A stretch of 64,000 bases of DNA from Chrysomallon squamiferum (taxonomy: Eukaryota > Animalia > Mollusca). Shown piece after piece: positions 46,217 through 59,987 of this stretch. The translations under genes and the position numbers were made by a program. The notes below the pieces were generated by a model. That model made no database searches. It was given only the letters and a program-made list of their open reading frames with translations, and had not been told where the DNA came from. The stretch lies in assembly GCA_012295275.1 (NCBI GenBank), contig CM022672.1:2418001-2482000 (forward strand), read 5' to 3'. The first letter of the stretch is position 1; every line of letters begins with the position of its first letter.

Positions 46217-47516
46217 CACATACCTCACACTTTGAACCTGTGTTTATCTTGCTAATGCATTTCCATGTAAATATTATGTGGTATTTATCATAACCCCGTA
46301 ACGCATTAACTGCATAACAATTTTTTTTTCTTTTTTTTTTTCTATTTTTCTTTTACAATTTTTATTGCTTTTCTTATTTATTTATTTATTTTTAATTTAT
46401 TTATTTTTTTATTTATTTTTTTTTTTTTTTTTTTTTTTTCAAATATCTATGGAGGGGGTGAAATATTTTTCAAATGATTTATTTTCTTGACATTCTATAC
46501 ACTTCTAGCTGGATCGGATTGTTGGGGTTTTAATTAAAATTTCTTTTATGTTTTACTACTGAGATTTGATTTACTTTTTCGCAAATAATGAAAAAAGAAA
46601 AAAAAGAAAAAAGGTAGAGGAAGAAGAAAAAGAAAAAAGAAAAAACATGAAAAGAAAAGGATCTTTTAAGGATCTTATTGTAGTTTAGCGTATTCATGCA
46701 CTTTGTAAACTTTCTTTAAATGTAGATAATTAAAATACAAAATCAAAACATGCATATATTCATACATACATACATGCATGCATACAAACACACATACACA
46801 TACAGATAGATACTTACAAACATACACACAGACACACATACATACATAGTCATACATACACACACATACATACATGCATATACCTACATTAGAATAAGCG
46901 TTCATAAAATTTTAATTATTAAATATATTTTCTGAATGTAAACTTGCTGATTTGAAAGAGGCAGTCAGAATTGTCAGCTGTCTAAGGCAGACTAATATTT
47001 GGTATATGACAGACATTATTTAAAATTATTGTAAAAATTAATTTTTATAATGTTCAAAATCATCGCCAAATAAACCTATACCAGGAAAGGATATAACTGT
47101 AAATGAATTTTTATTGAAATTAATTAAATCTGAGATTTACGTTTAAAATGCTATTACATTTCTTGTAAACAAATTAAAATTCCTCGATGGCAAAGCTGTG
47201 GGAGTTTCATTTTTTTTTTTTTTTTTTTATAATTTAAATTTAGTGTCAGTAGGACATAAAAGAAAACTGACATGAAAATAACGAATCTGCTTTGTAACTT
47301 TGGTGGCATTTTCATTACGAGTACAAATAACCCCACTGGTCTTTCTACAAACCCATAATCTTCACCGCTCTCGGGACCTGCAGAGTTAAACAATTGTAAA
47401 TCGGCACAACATTAATCTCTGCATGTCGATCACCCCTTCACTGCTAACTAACACGTCAACGGACACGAAGCATATTGCGGTAGTTGTCGTGGATTTAACA
47501 ACGTCAAATATCTCTT

Positions 47517-47558
<42 letters not shown>

Positions 47559-47589
47559 CCTTTCTATTTCTTAACTTAAAAAAAAAAAA

Positions 47590-47622
<33 letters not shown>

Positions 47623-50030
47623 AAAAAAAAAGGAAAGAAAGTTATTAAAAATACAGAAGCACCTGTGACGGGGAAGGCCAAAACAATGGGTCACGAATTG
47701 GCACGACGTTCGCTCGCTCGGCCCGTCTTTGTGGTGTCAACAGAAGAACTTAGGAGATTTACCCTGCGCATTCACAACTCAATGGATCATTCACAAATAC
47801 TTATATGAAAAATGACAAATGTATAATCTTCTCTTCATGGCTGTCGAAGCTTGTCCGCAGCGGTATGCGTGGAATTCAATTACACACAAGATGCTGAGAA
47901 AGATACATAGTCCAAATTTTCCTTCTTTTATTCTTCGTCTTTTTTTCTTTTCTTTTTTTTTTTTCTTCTTCTTCTTCTTCCTTTTTTCACCACGTTCAAA
48001 AGAAACTAGTAATAATACAAGAGCCGTCATGCGCAACGCAGGGACACTCAAATCTTACTTCAAAAAGTTATGTTTATGCAATTTCATTTAAACAATAATT
48101 ATTTGACAAAAGATTTCAAGATTGTCTCTCAAGCGAAGCTTATTATAAACACGGGCTCTATATTTATAGTTAGGACACGAGTATAACACCGGCTTTTATA
48201 TCTGCGTCTGATATTAAAATAGATCTGCACCGAAGCGAATCTTCGTTTTGAAACTCGCGAGGTGGCTGAAGACATGCAGTAATATGTGAGAAAAATACAA
48301 TTTGCATGTCATGAACCTTTCCTGGGGGCGTGGAGAAGGATGGTGGTTGTGTTTCTTTGATTTTAATATCTACATTCATAAAATATATAAATCATTTTTT
48401 TGAAGAAAAAATAGGGGATGAAAAAGAAGAACCCACATATACGTAAACTCATACTTACATTCAGAGGTGGATATATCTTGCATACAGAACATACTCATAC
48501 GCCCACACATACCTACATAGATAGATACAGAAACAAGCTGGTTCACACACTATATATAAATATATACACGACACACATATAGTTCGCCTATAGCTAGTAT
48601 TCATATTCTCCGATATAGACAAAAACCGTCCCCCCTACACACACACACCAACATATATATAAGTATATACACACACAAACACAAACACATAAACATGTAT
48701 TCACTTCCAACATTAAAAACAAGGAAAAAAACATTAGAATAGTCGAATCTGCAGGCTTCTTTATGTTTCAGATAGTGTATGTGTGTGTGTCTGTGTGTGT
48801 TGATGTATATGTATGTATGTATATGTATATGTGTATGTATGTGAATGAGTCTATGAGAGTCCGTGTACAAAACATATTTAAAATACTTTTACCTACAATA
48901 CAAATCTAAAACTAGTTGTAATGGATCACGTTTAACCTTCAAATAATGTTATATATTAGAGCAGTGTACTGTTTTTTTTTCCCCCTTATCATGTTGACGG
49001 TGGCAAAGAGAAACTTATAAAACTGTACATCACCCATGCAGTCCACACGGTGACGGTGAAATGGCACATAAAAAATCGGTAATAAAAATCGCACAATACA
49101 GCACAGTTTGAAATACCACCGCTGTCAAGGATGGTCGCTGATTTGTGATATATCGCTATCATCTAACCCAGATATAAGGTTAACCCCGGTGGGGTACCCC
49201 TAGCCATTTACCTTCATTAAAACTCAATATTACGCCATGGACAGAGAAGCGGTTAAAACACCTGTCGAGGTGCTTCTTTCCTTCGGCACTGTAATCCCAG
49301 TAATCCGCTCAAAAGCGTAGCAATATTTCCGAAAGCATATTACTGTCGTTAAACGTATTGCTCGTGACTTATTAAAATATTTGGCTGTCTTCTGTATGAC
49401 GCCACGGACGTGTTTTAAATGACGCTCTTCAATAAAGTGGCTACGGAAATGCGCTCCCGAGTATAAAGTCTGTGACATTTGTTGGACAGTTAAACAAACG
49501 AATGACGCTGACGACCCGCTCCGATATGCCTGTAACTGTCATTCTGTGATGGAAACAATAGGCTCAGGGATTAGCCGTGCTGAAACGAAAGATAAATGAT
49601 AAAGGGTCTTAATAACGTGCCGTTACATCTCATGAAGATGTTGTGAGAAATTAGTCCCATTTGGACGTGAGTTATAGTAACTGTAAAAATTAATGTCGTT
49701 ACTCGATACATTTAAATACGATAAGCGATGTCTTGGAAAAGATTAGCATACAATAACGAAATATTTAAGGTTTAGTCTTGTTTTCAGCGTGTGTTCTTTT
49801 AAAAAATGTTTAGATGATTAGGGCCGACGGAACCACTGTGACACTGGGGCAACGAACTGAAGACTATGCAGTGATAAAATGCGTTTGTTATTTTATAATA
49901 AATTAAGGTCGGTGTAAAAAAAAAAAAAATGAGGGTTATTTATTTAGCATATGATAGCAGGCACATCGGACAGTACTATTAATTATGTAAATTTATATAT
50001 AAATTTAATATTAGTCTTTAATAACAAAAC

Positions 50031-50097
50031 TGATTTTGGCCGTTTTGCAGAACAGCTATTTGAGCTGGTCAAAAACCAGTTCTGGCGGCCAAAATCA
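50031..50097. repeat. Short inverted repeat, MITE-like remnant
   Basis: Perfect 12-bp arms tgattttggccg / cggccaaaatca with inner cagaac/gttctg pairing. Confidence 0.6.
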
Positions 50098-51238
50098 TAT
50101 CTTAACGAAATATCCAAATATTAATGGAATGTGAAACAAATTCTTTGTCTAATTATCGTGATACGAGGAAGAACATCCGCTGCAGTTTATATTAGGGCTT
50201 CTCCTTTCGATTCCAACTTTCTTATAAACAGGGAACAAAATAAATACCAGTGATATGGTAATTGTGGAACACTGATGGAACGGGATGTTTAAGTTGTTTA
50301 TTTCTTTATTGGTTACACAGTTATTACTTAATCGGATAGTTACTTTGTTAATTAGTTAGTTAGACGTCTTTGTAAAATAAGTCGCCGCTCTTTAACATAT
50401 CATAATTTGTTTCCCAAATTGTTCTCTTTTTGTTCTTCTTTTTTTTTCCTCTCTCTCTCTCTTCAAACAGACACAGAACAATCGTCGGAGTTAGCAGGTT
50501 AAATTACTGATAAGGTAAAACGATACTTAGAACTTTGGAATTTATTTCAAATGAAGTTTATCAGTGTGTGTTACACGTTCGTACAAAACAAGGAAGATCT
50601 GCATGTGTCTCACAACATGACTGTCTGAAAAACGAGGAGAACTAGGAATGCCGTTTAATCATCTCTATCTTTGCTCTGTTACATCACCCAGTCCTTGGTG
50701 TGTGATGTCTTGATACAGCCGTGCCTAAAGCCCTGAGAAGTCGTTACAAGATTTCCTGTTCTGTTGGTAATCTGTCCGAAAGCAAACAGAAAATTAAGCG
50801 CCACAAAAAGAGCGAATTCCGTGCGATCTGTGAAGAAAATGCCGCACGGTATCTGGCGGCATCGCCCCAAAGGCAACAGTCAAACACCTTTCCAGAATCC
50901 ACAGACGTTCCCAATTCCTGAGATTAGAACCACATCACTTTGTTAACTCGGTGTTCTATAGTTATTTTATCACTCCGTGAATCAGCTTTCAAAATAACGT
51001 TAAACCGATCTAACAGGAATAATGTCCGCAAGAAAACATGAAGTTCCTTTAGACACCATCTATATGGTTGCCATTTATTATGAAATAAAGTTAAAATGGA
51101 AATTGACGTCGTTTTACAAACTCACATCATTTAGTCAGTGTTGGCTTTCGAAAGAAATTAAACAGACGTAAGAGGAATTCTCTGTAGCAAACAGAAAGCG
51201 TTCTGTCCAAAAACACAAAAATAATGACAACAACAAAC

Positions 51239-51280
<42 letters not shown>

Positions 51281-51639
51281 CACTGAAAAACCTTTCCAAA
51301 AATAAAAATAAATTAAATTATATTAAATACATTTTGTTGTATGAATTACACCATTTTATTTTTTTTCGAAAGTAATTTCGTTGGGTGATAAAGTAACCAC
51401 AATTGAAAGGTATGAATGTGCAATACAAGTTCAGTTATTCCTTAATAAAACGTCTAATAGCTCTTTAATATCGAAGGTTGCTTTGTTTTATACCATAATA
51501 GCTTCTGTTAATTATTACTGGGGTTTTTTACTTACATAAGTAATGTATTACTGCAAACAACAATCAATGTTTTAATTAATATGTGTATTTTGATGAATGT
51601 ATGAACGTATGTATATACAGGTATAATATTTTAATTATC

Positions 51640-51684
<45 letters not shown>

Positions 51685-52291
51685 TGTGTGGTGTGCGTAT
51701 GCGTGCGTATATATATGCATGTGTTACTTTTCATTTTGTTTTTGCCTTATTTCTTCATATATAATCTCTCTTTTCTTCTCTTTCATTTTCATTATTTCCT
51801 TACTTAACGCAACGGTGACAACAACAATAAGAAGAACAACAAAAAAAACATTTTAAATTTTTATCACTACTTCAGCGTGCACTGTTTTTGTCAGAGGAAG
51901 ACTTGATGCTGTTTTTCTGACTACGCAAATATTTTTATTTTTTTCAAGTGCATACCACAGAAATACGACGCTACCTTTAGACGCTTGGCTTGTTTATCTA
52001 TTTGCCAACACGAAGGAAGTGTGATAAAGGTATCATTAGCAAATATTTTCGAAATAATGGTGGACACCTATCAAATGTTAAAATTTGGCGATTAGTAGGG
52101 TTATGGATGACGGCAGAAAAGTGTCTTTTCTTGCAACAATGTTTATTGCATACTAGCGTCATCAACTGCCAGTGATATAATGCCATTTTTACAACATGAC
52201 GCTTGCATCAGATAACAAAACTGATGTAAAATAATTTATGAATCAAATGTTTTTAGTGGTCTCTGCTCGGATATAAATGGATCATTTAGAT

Positions 52292-52555
52292 CCGGGACGA
52301 TTGGTGGTTCAGTGGTTAGAGCGCGAGACACCATATTTAGTAAATGTCCTAGTCTAGCCAGTGTCTCAAAAGACTGCGAAAGGTCGAAAGGTGCATATAA
52401 AAATGAAAAATGTGGAAGCAGCGAGTTTCCTCTCTCAATATCAGTATATTTCTGAACGTCGTATAATCGTTAAATAATGGAAATGTTTTAATATGTCGTT
52501 AAATAAAAGAAATATTTTAATATATCGTTAAATAAAAAAATTGTCAATTCCTTTC
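52292..52555 (+). mobile_element. tRNA-derived SINE, degenerate and internally deleted
   Basis: Pol III A-box-like head ggtggttcagtggttagagcg; body gtggaagcagcgagtttcctctctcaatatc; duplicated tail aaatgttttaatatgtcgttaaataaaa / aaatattttaatatatcgttaaataaaa. Body and tail resemble a SINE family I recall from gastropod genomes (recollection, not a search). Confidence 0.7.
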
Positions 52556-53183
52556 TTTAAATCCTTTTCTTCGGCTTCTAATTCTGTATTTTAAATTAAT
52601 TTTTGCTGACCGATTAACCGATTAAGTAAGCACTGAACTGAATTACGTATATGTGACGACGGACTTGAATACCAGACGGACGCATACTTACAGATAAGAA
52701 TATTGTGAATGTGAAACGAGAATATGACATGCAGCCACAGATATATTCTTTGATGACAAAATAATAATAAATGCTTTTTTTCTTGTTTTTGTTTTAGTTG
52801 TTTGCATGTTTTGTTTGTTCGTTTTTTTATTTATTTATTTATTTATTTATTTGTTTGTTTGTTTATTTGTTTGTTGTTAGTTTGTTGTTTATTTGTTGTT
52901 GTTTTTTTTTTTTTTGCTTGTGATATTGATGGTTCTTCCATGTCAATTTAGAAGTTGGTTGGATTTTTCTAAATTATTTTTAGATGGAATTTTTAAAACC
53001 TTGTGTTTCTTTCTGCTTGTTAAATAGCTTATTTGCTTAATACTACATTTTAATATATATTTTTTTTCTCGTTCCAGCCACTGCCCGAAGACTAAATATA
53101 TTATCGTTGTAACAGGTTTATAAAAAGGAATCATAATATAAACTGAACAATAACGAAACCACCAACAAACAACAACAACAAGA

Positions 53184-53188
<5 letters not shown>

Positions 53189-53250
<62 letters not shown>
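53189..53250. repeat. (TAA)n microsatellite
   Basis: Direct reading. Confidence 0.95.
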
Positions 53251-54399
53251 GCTCAGATACATTAAACAAAACCCCAAACCACCCTGTGCCATGCTGGTCT
53301 TCACTTCGCCATAATTATTCAAAACGATTGTTGGACAATCCATGCCTCTCAGTCGCTTTAAGCTGTGGTTGTTCAACACAGACCAGCAGGTTCTGAAAAC
53401 ATTTTCAGCTTTCAATAAAAGGTAATCAGAGATTAGAATGCGACAACACAGTATGTTTCTGGGTGGGTGGTGCACATAGTTATTTTATTAACAGCTGTGG
53501 GGCTTTTTCGCGGATTTTCGTTTCTTTTCACCCATGCACCATTATTCGCTGTAAACAACGCTTATACTGGTAAATGCACTAACCAAACAATGCGACTCTT
53601 TCCACGAACGACTTTCAAGTAGCTTTCTCTTGGCGATTTAGCCAGCAGCCAGGAAACCCTTTATTTTGTGCCGATGAAAGGCAACATTGAAATCAGATAT
53701 ATTTATTTTTTCTTGACAAAACAACTGTTTGGTGGCGAATAGATGGCACAAAAGAAAACAGCTTTGTCAGCCACGCCTAGTTTGTTAAAAACGAGTTAGA
53801 GGGCAGAGACTGTCTCGTCTATGTTAATTAGTGGAATGTGAAGACTGCTTTCTGAAAATAATTATTTACTGGCCAGGTATGTCCTCTATGTCAAAATCTA
53901 TGCCTCAAGGTTAAGATCAGAACAAATTTTTTTTTTTTTTATATTTTGATAAAATGTTATTTGCAGTGTATATATTAGTAATACCTGTTAATATTAAAAG
54001 AAGAACCAATAACTACATCAGATTAAAGTTAAAATCTACTATTTAACGTCTGTCATAACTAAAGGTTAGTATACTTAAGAAAACGACTGTCCAAGACCTA
54101 GTTGTTTCTCGTTATATCTGATAGCTAGCTCTGTCCTTTGCGAAAAGCCATCGCTGTACAAGAAAGCGAACGTCACCAAATCTTGCTTTGACATTAATGT
54201 ACGTAAGAAATAAACCTATAATTGTTTCTCGGCTTATCAGTCTATACATTACTTTTCGACTTTTATTACAGGTGTTAACCACGTTTTCCCCAAGCGGCGT
54301 TAAGCTTCCGAAAATTAAGAAATATATATTTTTTTGAAGACCAAGCGCGAAATCCCCTAACACGTTGTGAGAATATTTTCTAACAGCATCGGCCAACAT

Positions 54400-54910
54400 C
54401 AAAACTCTAATCCTTCATCCGTCTCCGGCTACAGTTCCCTTTATTTCTTCTACAAGATCAGTTTACATAATTAAGCACTAGCATGGACGAGAAGCGAGGA
54501 CCTTCAAACATTTCGGACGTCACGTATAGAATCGAGAACAAAACTCTTGAATCCTCGCAATCAGTCAGCAAATAGGCGCATTTTTTATGTTTTCCTACCC
54601 ATCACGTCTCGGCTGAATGTCAGCCTGCTTGTGTGTTTGTACTAATCGTTCCTCATCCCATTCTCGCCTCTAAGTGTACATTTAATTATAGGAAACTACA
54701 CACTACCAGCCCGAGAACACTGGGTTTGACAAGATGTTAGGGCACTCCCCCCCTCACCCACCAAGGCCGCAGGTCTCAGCAATTTTCGTCCTTTCACCTT
54801 CGTTAATGGTTCGTGTGTGTGGCACCTTTGTGTTTCAATTGGCCGGAATGACGGGGATTGTGGATCGGGGCTTACAGAAGCAGTCTGGGATTGCCTCGGC
54901 AAACACAGAA
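54400..54910. promoter_or_regulatory. Candidate promoter/enhancer island
   Basis: GC/CpG-richer block at the edge of the CpG-rich domain. Contains CTACAGTTCCC and AACTACAcacTACCAGC (partial matches to the ACTACAnnTCCCR ZNF143/THAP11-type motif) and GACGTCAC (CRE-like). Motif evidence only. Confidence 0.25.
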
Positions 54911-57900
54911 TCAAACAAATATTAAAAGTGACAATCTAAATCGTGCGTGGAATTAACAAATTACAACGGAGGTCAGGTAGCATATACCCAACAAGACTGC
55001 ACAGTCAGCTGTTGACACTTGACCAAAACAAAAAAATATATAAATAAAAAAATAAAAAATAAAAAATCATAATAATAAATAAATAAATAAATAAATAAAT
55101 AAATTTCAGGATCTGTTCAGTTCTACTTATTAAATTTTTTGTCAAGACATTTATCAATGATTTAATATTTAATGAAACCTGGACGCTATTTAATAGATTT
55201 ATTAACAAGACTTTGTTACAGTTAACAGAAAAAATAATTTAATATTCATTATCTCATAGACGCGACTGTATGACTGTCAAAAAAAAAAAAAAAAAACTAT
55301 TTATGTAAATACTCATCATATTTTTATATGGCGTAATACATAATTATGTTTAAAGAGAAAACTAGCTGGCGCCACATGATAGCCTGCTTTTGTTTTTTTT
55401 TTTCTTTTTTCCATTAGCATTACCGTGTCTTTTGTATACAGTTTCCCATAGACAATAAAACCTTTCATTCCAGCCAGTGTCCCACAACCAGGTTTATAGG
55501 TGAGCATTCATTAATTCATTCACTGACACCTAATTTCTGTATGTTAATGGTAACTGATTAAAATCCATGTGCCAAACATAGTTATGTATTTCTTGCACCG
55601 TCAGCTTTTCAGCGAATAACAATGCAATAAGAAAAAAATATATGAAGAAGAAAAATATATGAATAGGTTTCAAGAACAGCATTTGCTATTAATTTTACTA
55701 CTACTACTATCGCCATCTTTATTATTATTATTATTATTATTATTAATAATATTATTATTATTGATATTTTTTTTTTATACAAGGAAAAGCTGTAAAATGT
55801 TCATTTTAGTATTTTCTATCTAACAGTTCAGTGTGCAAACAGGTGTAAATGGTTTCTTCCGCACTACTTGTATACAGGCTCCAAGAACATTCTGAAATGT
55901 TGTCCATTGAATGTCTTTGGGGAAAAAATGTGATCGCTCTAACCTCAACCGATAACGAGAATGAGACAGAAACGTTCTAGACTTTGTATGATTACTTACA
56001 GTTCTGCACTTTTGTGCTGTTTGCGTATTGAAGTGTGCAATTAACTTGCTGCAGACTGCTGCTGGCTTTGTAAACAGTGATTGTAGGAATGTTTAATTGA
56101 CACTTGAACGCACTGCAGGATTACTGATTTGTGTTTCTTCCCAACGTTTCAACACCCAGAGCTGACGTTCTGCGATCGGTAGATTTGTACAATATAGCGG
56201 TGCTTACTTTTGTCATTTGGGACTCCTTATCGTTAACGATAGTGACAATATCTGGTTTTATTTACATTATATAAAGCTGCATTTGATACCTTTTACATAT
56301 ATAAAATAGGTTTGTGGTTTTCCATGCTTATTTCCATGCTTTTAAAATTAAATTTATTTATAAAGAAAAACCTTACTGGATTCTACAATAAAACTAGATG
56401 GGTACGCATTTAATTATTTAACTTCCAATTTTCATAAATGCAGTCACAGAAAAAAATGGAATACCATCTTACTACAGTCTTGCTGTCGAAATGGTTTGCA
56501 GGGCCGTATTCTAAATGAACGTATACACTTCATTCCGTCTAGTCGTATGCCACAAATGTTAATGAAGATTGTTGACACCCCCATCCCATATATAGTTTTT
56601 GCTCTAATTGAGTATTATATAGCATATTCCAGTTTAAAGGAAGGTGCATATTCTTTGTTGTAATCTGAAGTCTATGACAGTTGCAGCTTTTTTCAGTTTA
56701 AAATAAAATTCTGAGTTTTTATACCTAACCGCATTACAAACTGTATTTCGATTTTTACTTAGTAAATTTTACACAAACAAAACAGCAGATTTATTATTTT
56801 TATTACCATTTAAAGACGAAGTAAAAACACTGGAATTCTGCTGGCACCATCAGCACTGTAAAAGTTCGTGACAGACCAGCGATATCTTCAACTGACAAAC
56901 GTCTTATTTCTTTGTCTTCTTTGCCGCAGCCTTTTTCACTCCCTGATAAAAATTAAAATATTTACTGATTATTCACTGAAACAAGACCAAGGAGACGGCA
57001 ACGATTAGCAATACAGGCGATAACATTCCATTATTAAACTTGTCACCATAGCTTATTTTTGCTTTACCTATTTTTAAAATAAATTCGGACATTTTTAAAT
57101 TGTTTCAACAGATTGTTTTTTTTAAAACGAAACTAAAACTTCAGTTGTTTTCTGATTAATAACTCGTAGAAAACCCGATTAACAACCAACTAATTACTAA
57201 ATTATCAACTCAAGTAATTTGGTCAACAACCCTCAAAAACGAAACACTAGAAAATCTGCACTCAGAAATGACCAACTTATCACTTTCTGATACACATACC
57301 AATTAGCGGAGAATTCCTTCACTTAATTACACGTGGGTCATTGAAAGGAGGTGTGGCTGTTGCCACAAAAAGGTCAAGACTTTAACAGGCCTAAGTCTTC
57401 AAGGATCCATTTTCACTTGGCAAAAGTATGCAACAGTTAATTGGACCGGCAAAAAAGGGGGCTTGACACAAAATAAACTAGTAACCACTGTTCTACCAAC
57501 ATGCACTGTATTTGATGGACCAATTAAAACATTCACAAACTCCCATTTTAAAGATCTGTGTAAATGTCTGTTTCGCCAATTTGAAGATAACATTGTCAAG
57601 ACCTAGGTCAGAGGTCAAGCTGAAGTGATTTCTGCACTTCAAGAAAAAGAATCCCATGTGAGGAAGTGCAGTGTAACGATGTAGCATAAACCTACAATCA
57701 AGATTTGTTGGCTGTGCTCAACATGACCTTATTTCAAACAAATTTGGTGAGGGCTTTTTTTTTTAAGTTTGTAGGGCAGATCCAGGATTTCGAAATGGGA
57801 CAATGGTTGCGGTGCATGTGAACTTGCACAATCAAACACGATTCACCTATTAGATGAAAAAAACGTCAGCAGAACAAAAAAAGAAAATCGTGATACTCGT

Positions 57901-58862
57901 ATTGTTTTTTTTAATTTCCGATTATCAATAAAGACAGCTTAATGAACATTTACGAGGAAAAGAGCGTCAGGAAATATTTTAACTGAAATTTAAAAATAGA
58001 TTAATGTTTATAAACACTTGGGAGAAATTTTAAAATAATGTCATGTTAGTTTATAAATACATTACACAACTTCATGACAAACAGGAAACCAAAGCCAGTC
58101 ATGCGTTTGGCCAATAATTTCTGGATGTGACATTTTCATGAGCTCGTATTTAGAAGGCATAAATATCACCTCTACATCGTGAAATTGCAAACTACTCATA
58201 CGCCCCCCCTCCCCAGTTTATAATCATGCATTTTTTTAAAAATATTGTTTTATGTTAAACGTGCAAAGATAATAGTGTAATTGAGCAAATGAAAATATTG
58301 GTTATAAAGTGTAGTTATGTATAAGAAGTCATCTGTTCAGAAAGATTTCATCAGAAAAATGACAGCACCATCAATTTCATCAAATACACAATATTTATAA
58401 CGAATACAATTTACCATTAATTTGGATCAGTTTCAATGCCGTCTTGTGAAAAAGGTGTTTATACTGAAATATTACAAGAAACCCACACCACTGTGAGTAT
58501 AGAGTGGCGGTAATACTCAAGTAAAAATCTGTTGAAATAACCAATCGGGTCACTATACTGCTGTAGCTGTAAGAGGTCTGTAGAATTTATGTATTGTTCA
58601 CATCAGCCTTTGATATGTTGTACGGACCTCACAGGGCACAAACCAGTGTCAAGAGCCACACAAATATTAGCTCTATACACCGAGTTTGCTTTTCTGAAGT
58701 TGTACGAGATACAACACACTGACAACAATCGCACTTACAGTCAGCAAACCGAGTCAAAAATAAATGGGATAAAATAATAAACCAGTACATCATTTTAACA
58801 CTTCCGTCAGCGTTAAAAATAACTCAGACACGTTACTGTAAGTTATCACAGGTGAAAGTCAG

Positions 58863-58997
58863 TCATCGACTGTATTTGTTAACTAGATCTATGGCTGAAT
58901 TGGTTTTGCATTGTTCTCTAAATTCTGTGCCGTTTTTAAATGCAAGACAAATGAAAACTGTTAGAAAACCAGTTAGAAAAATTAACAAATATGAAAC
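58863..58997 (-). CDS. Candidate terminal coding exon B: VSYLLIFLTGFLTVFICLAFKNGTEFREQCKTNSAIDLVNKYSR* (or a 3'UTR exon)
   Basis: Acceptor tctaacaaccaatttaattttcag with CTAAC branch-like motif; phase-0 frame open for 44 codons to TGA. Confidence 0.3.
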   Translation of the reverse strand, partial: VSYLLIFLTGFLTVFICLAFKNGTEFREQCKTNSAIDLVNKYSR

Positions 58998-59597
58998 CTG
59001 AAAATTAAATTGGTTGTTAGATACGCAATTTAGATATATGAATTACGCACATGCACGTAAGAAAAAAAAAATCAATTACCTTATTTATGTTATTGATATT
59101 GTTCATTAATGAAGTTTCTCTATAAAGCCCAATTTTTTAAGCATCTGATTTAGAGTGAACTAGAACTCTAGGCATTCCTACCATTAACACCAACCTGGGT
59201 CAGATAAGGTGATTGTTTAACCCCAACAAGCAATTACATTTCAGAAGATTTCATTTCTCTGAACTGAACCTCAAGAAACACCTTGCTCGTTAGGTTTCAT
59301 TTTTCACCCTATTAATACGTGTAAAATGCACTGTGTTCCGGTCAAGGGTGATCTTGAAACTACAATTAAATCTCATTCACCAACATCCTGTATATCTGTA
59401 TGCCAGCATTTCTATTGTCACAACGGCCACCCGAATGAAACTTATTGTGGAATAATGAGAAGCCTGTTCCAGTGGAACATCCCTTCCATTCATTTCAGCA
59501 GTCTGGACAAATAATGACACACGAACCATTTTTTTTACACCACAGAAATGTTCTGTATGTTCAGTGTTAAGAACTACCAATTAAAATCCTCTATCTG

Positions 59598-59660
59598 TTA
59601 ACTAGATTTTCTGGTGTATTCTTTCTCACACTGTTCATTCATGGTCATGTACGTATCAGC
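59598..59660 (-). CDS. Candidate terminal coding exon A: ADTYMTMNEQCEKEYTRKSS*
   Basis: Acceptor cataacatttgttcag 270 nt downstream of the 59931 donor; phase-0 open frame to TAA at 59600-59598. Polypyrimidine tract is short. Confidence 0.45.
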   Translation of the reverse strand, partial: ADTYMTMNEQCEKEYTRKSS

Positions 59661-59930
59661 CTGAACAAATGTTATGTGACTATGTGCTTGTAGGTGAATG
59701 GGGAAACTAAATTATTCCCTAATATTTGTATTAGAATTCGTGCTTCCCCAAGCAGGTTGCAAAGCAATACGAATTAAAATTGGAAATATTAACCATGTAA
59801 AACAAAAAACAAACTCCACTGAATTTAAGAATTCAGTACAAAGATTCATGAAGTAGTTTAAATGGAAATCAGTTTTCACTTTGTGCAAAATTATTGAAAC
59901 TGATATGTACAATACTAAATTTCAACTTAC

Positions 59931-59987
59931 CTTTGATGCAATCTTTTCACCTTTCTTAGATCCTTTTTTTACCATCTTGTCTTTTGC
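59931..59987 (-). CDS. 57-nt coding exon (phase 0 to 0): AKDKMVKKGSKKGEKIASK
   Basis: Acceptor gtttttcctgttgtag, donor AAG|GTAAGT. Only frame 0 is open, matching the phase of the upstream micro-exon. Confidence 0.85.

Noticed and set aside
57773-57790. AGGGCAGATCCAGGATTT (and GGGGCGAATCCAGC near 45237) resembling termini of a common invertebrate non-autonomous element
   Set aside because: No matching opposite terminus could be found; too short to call.
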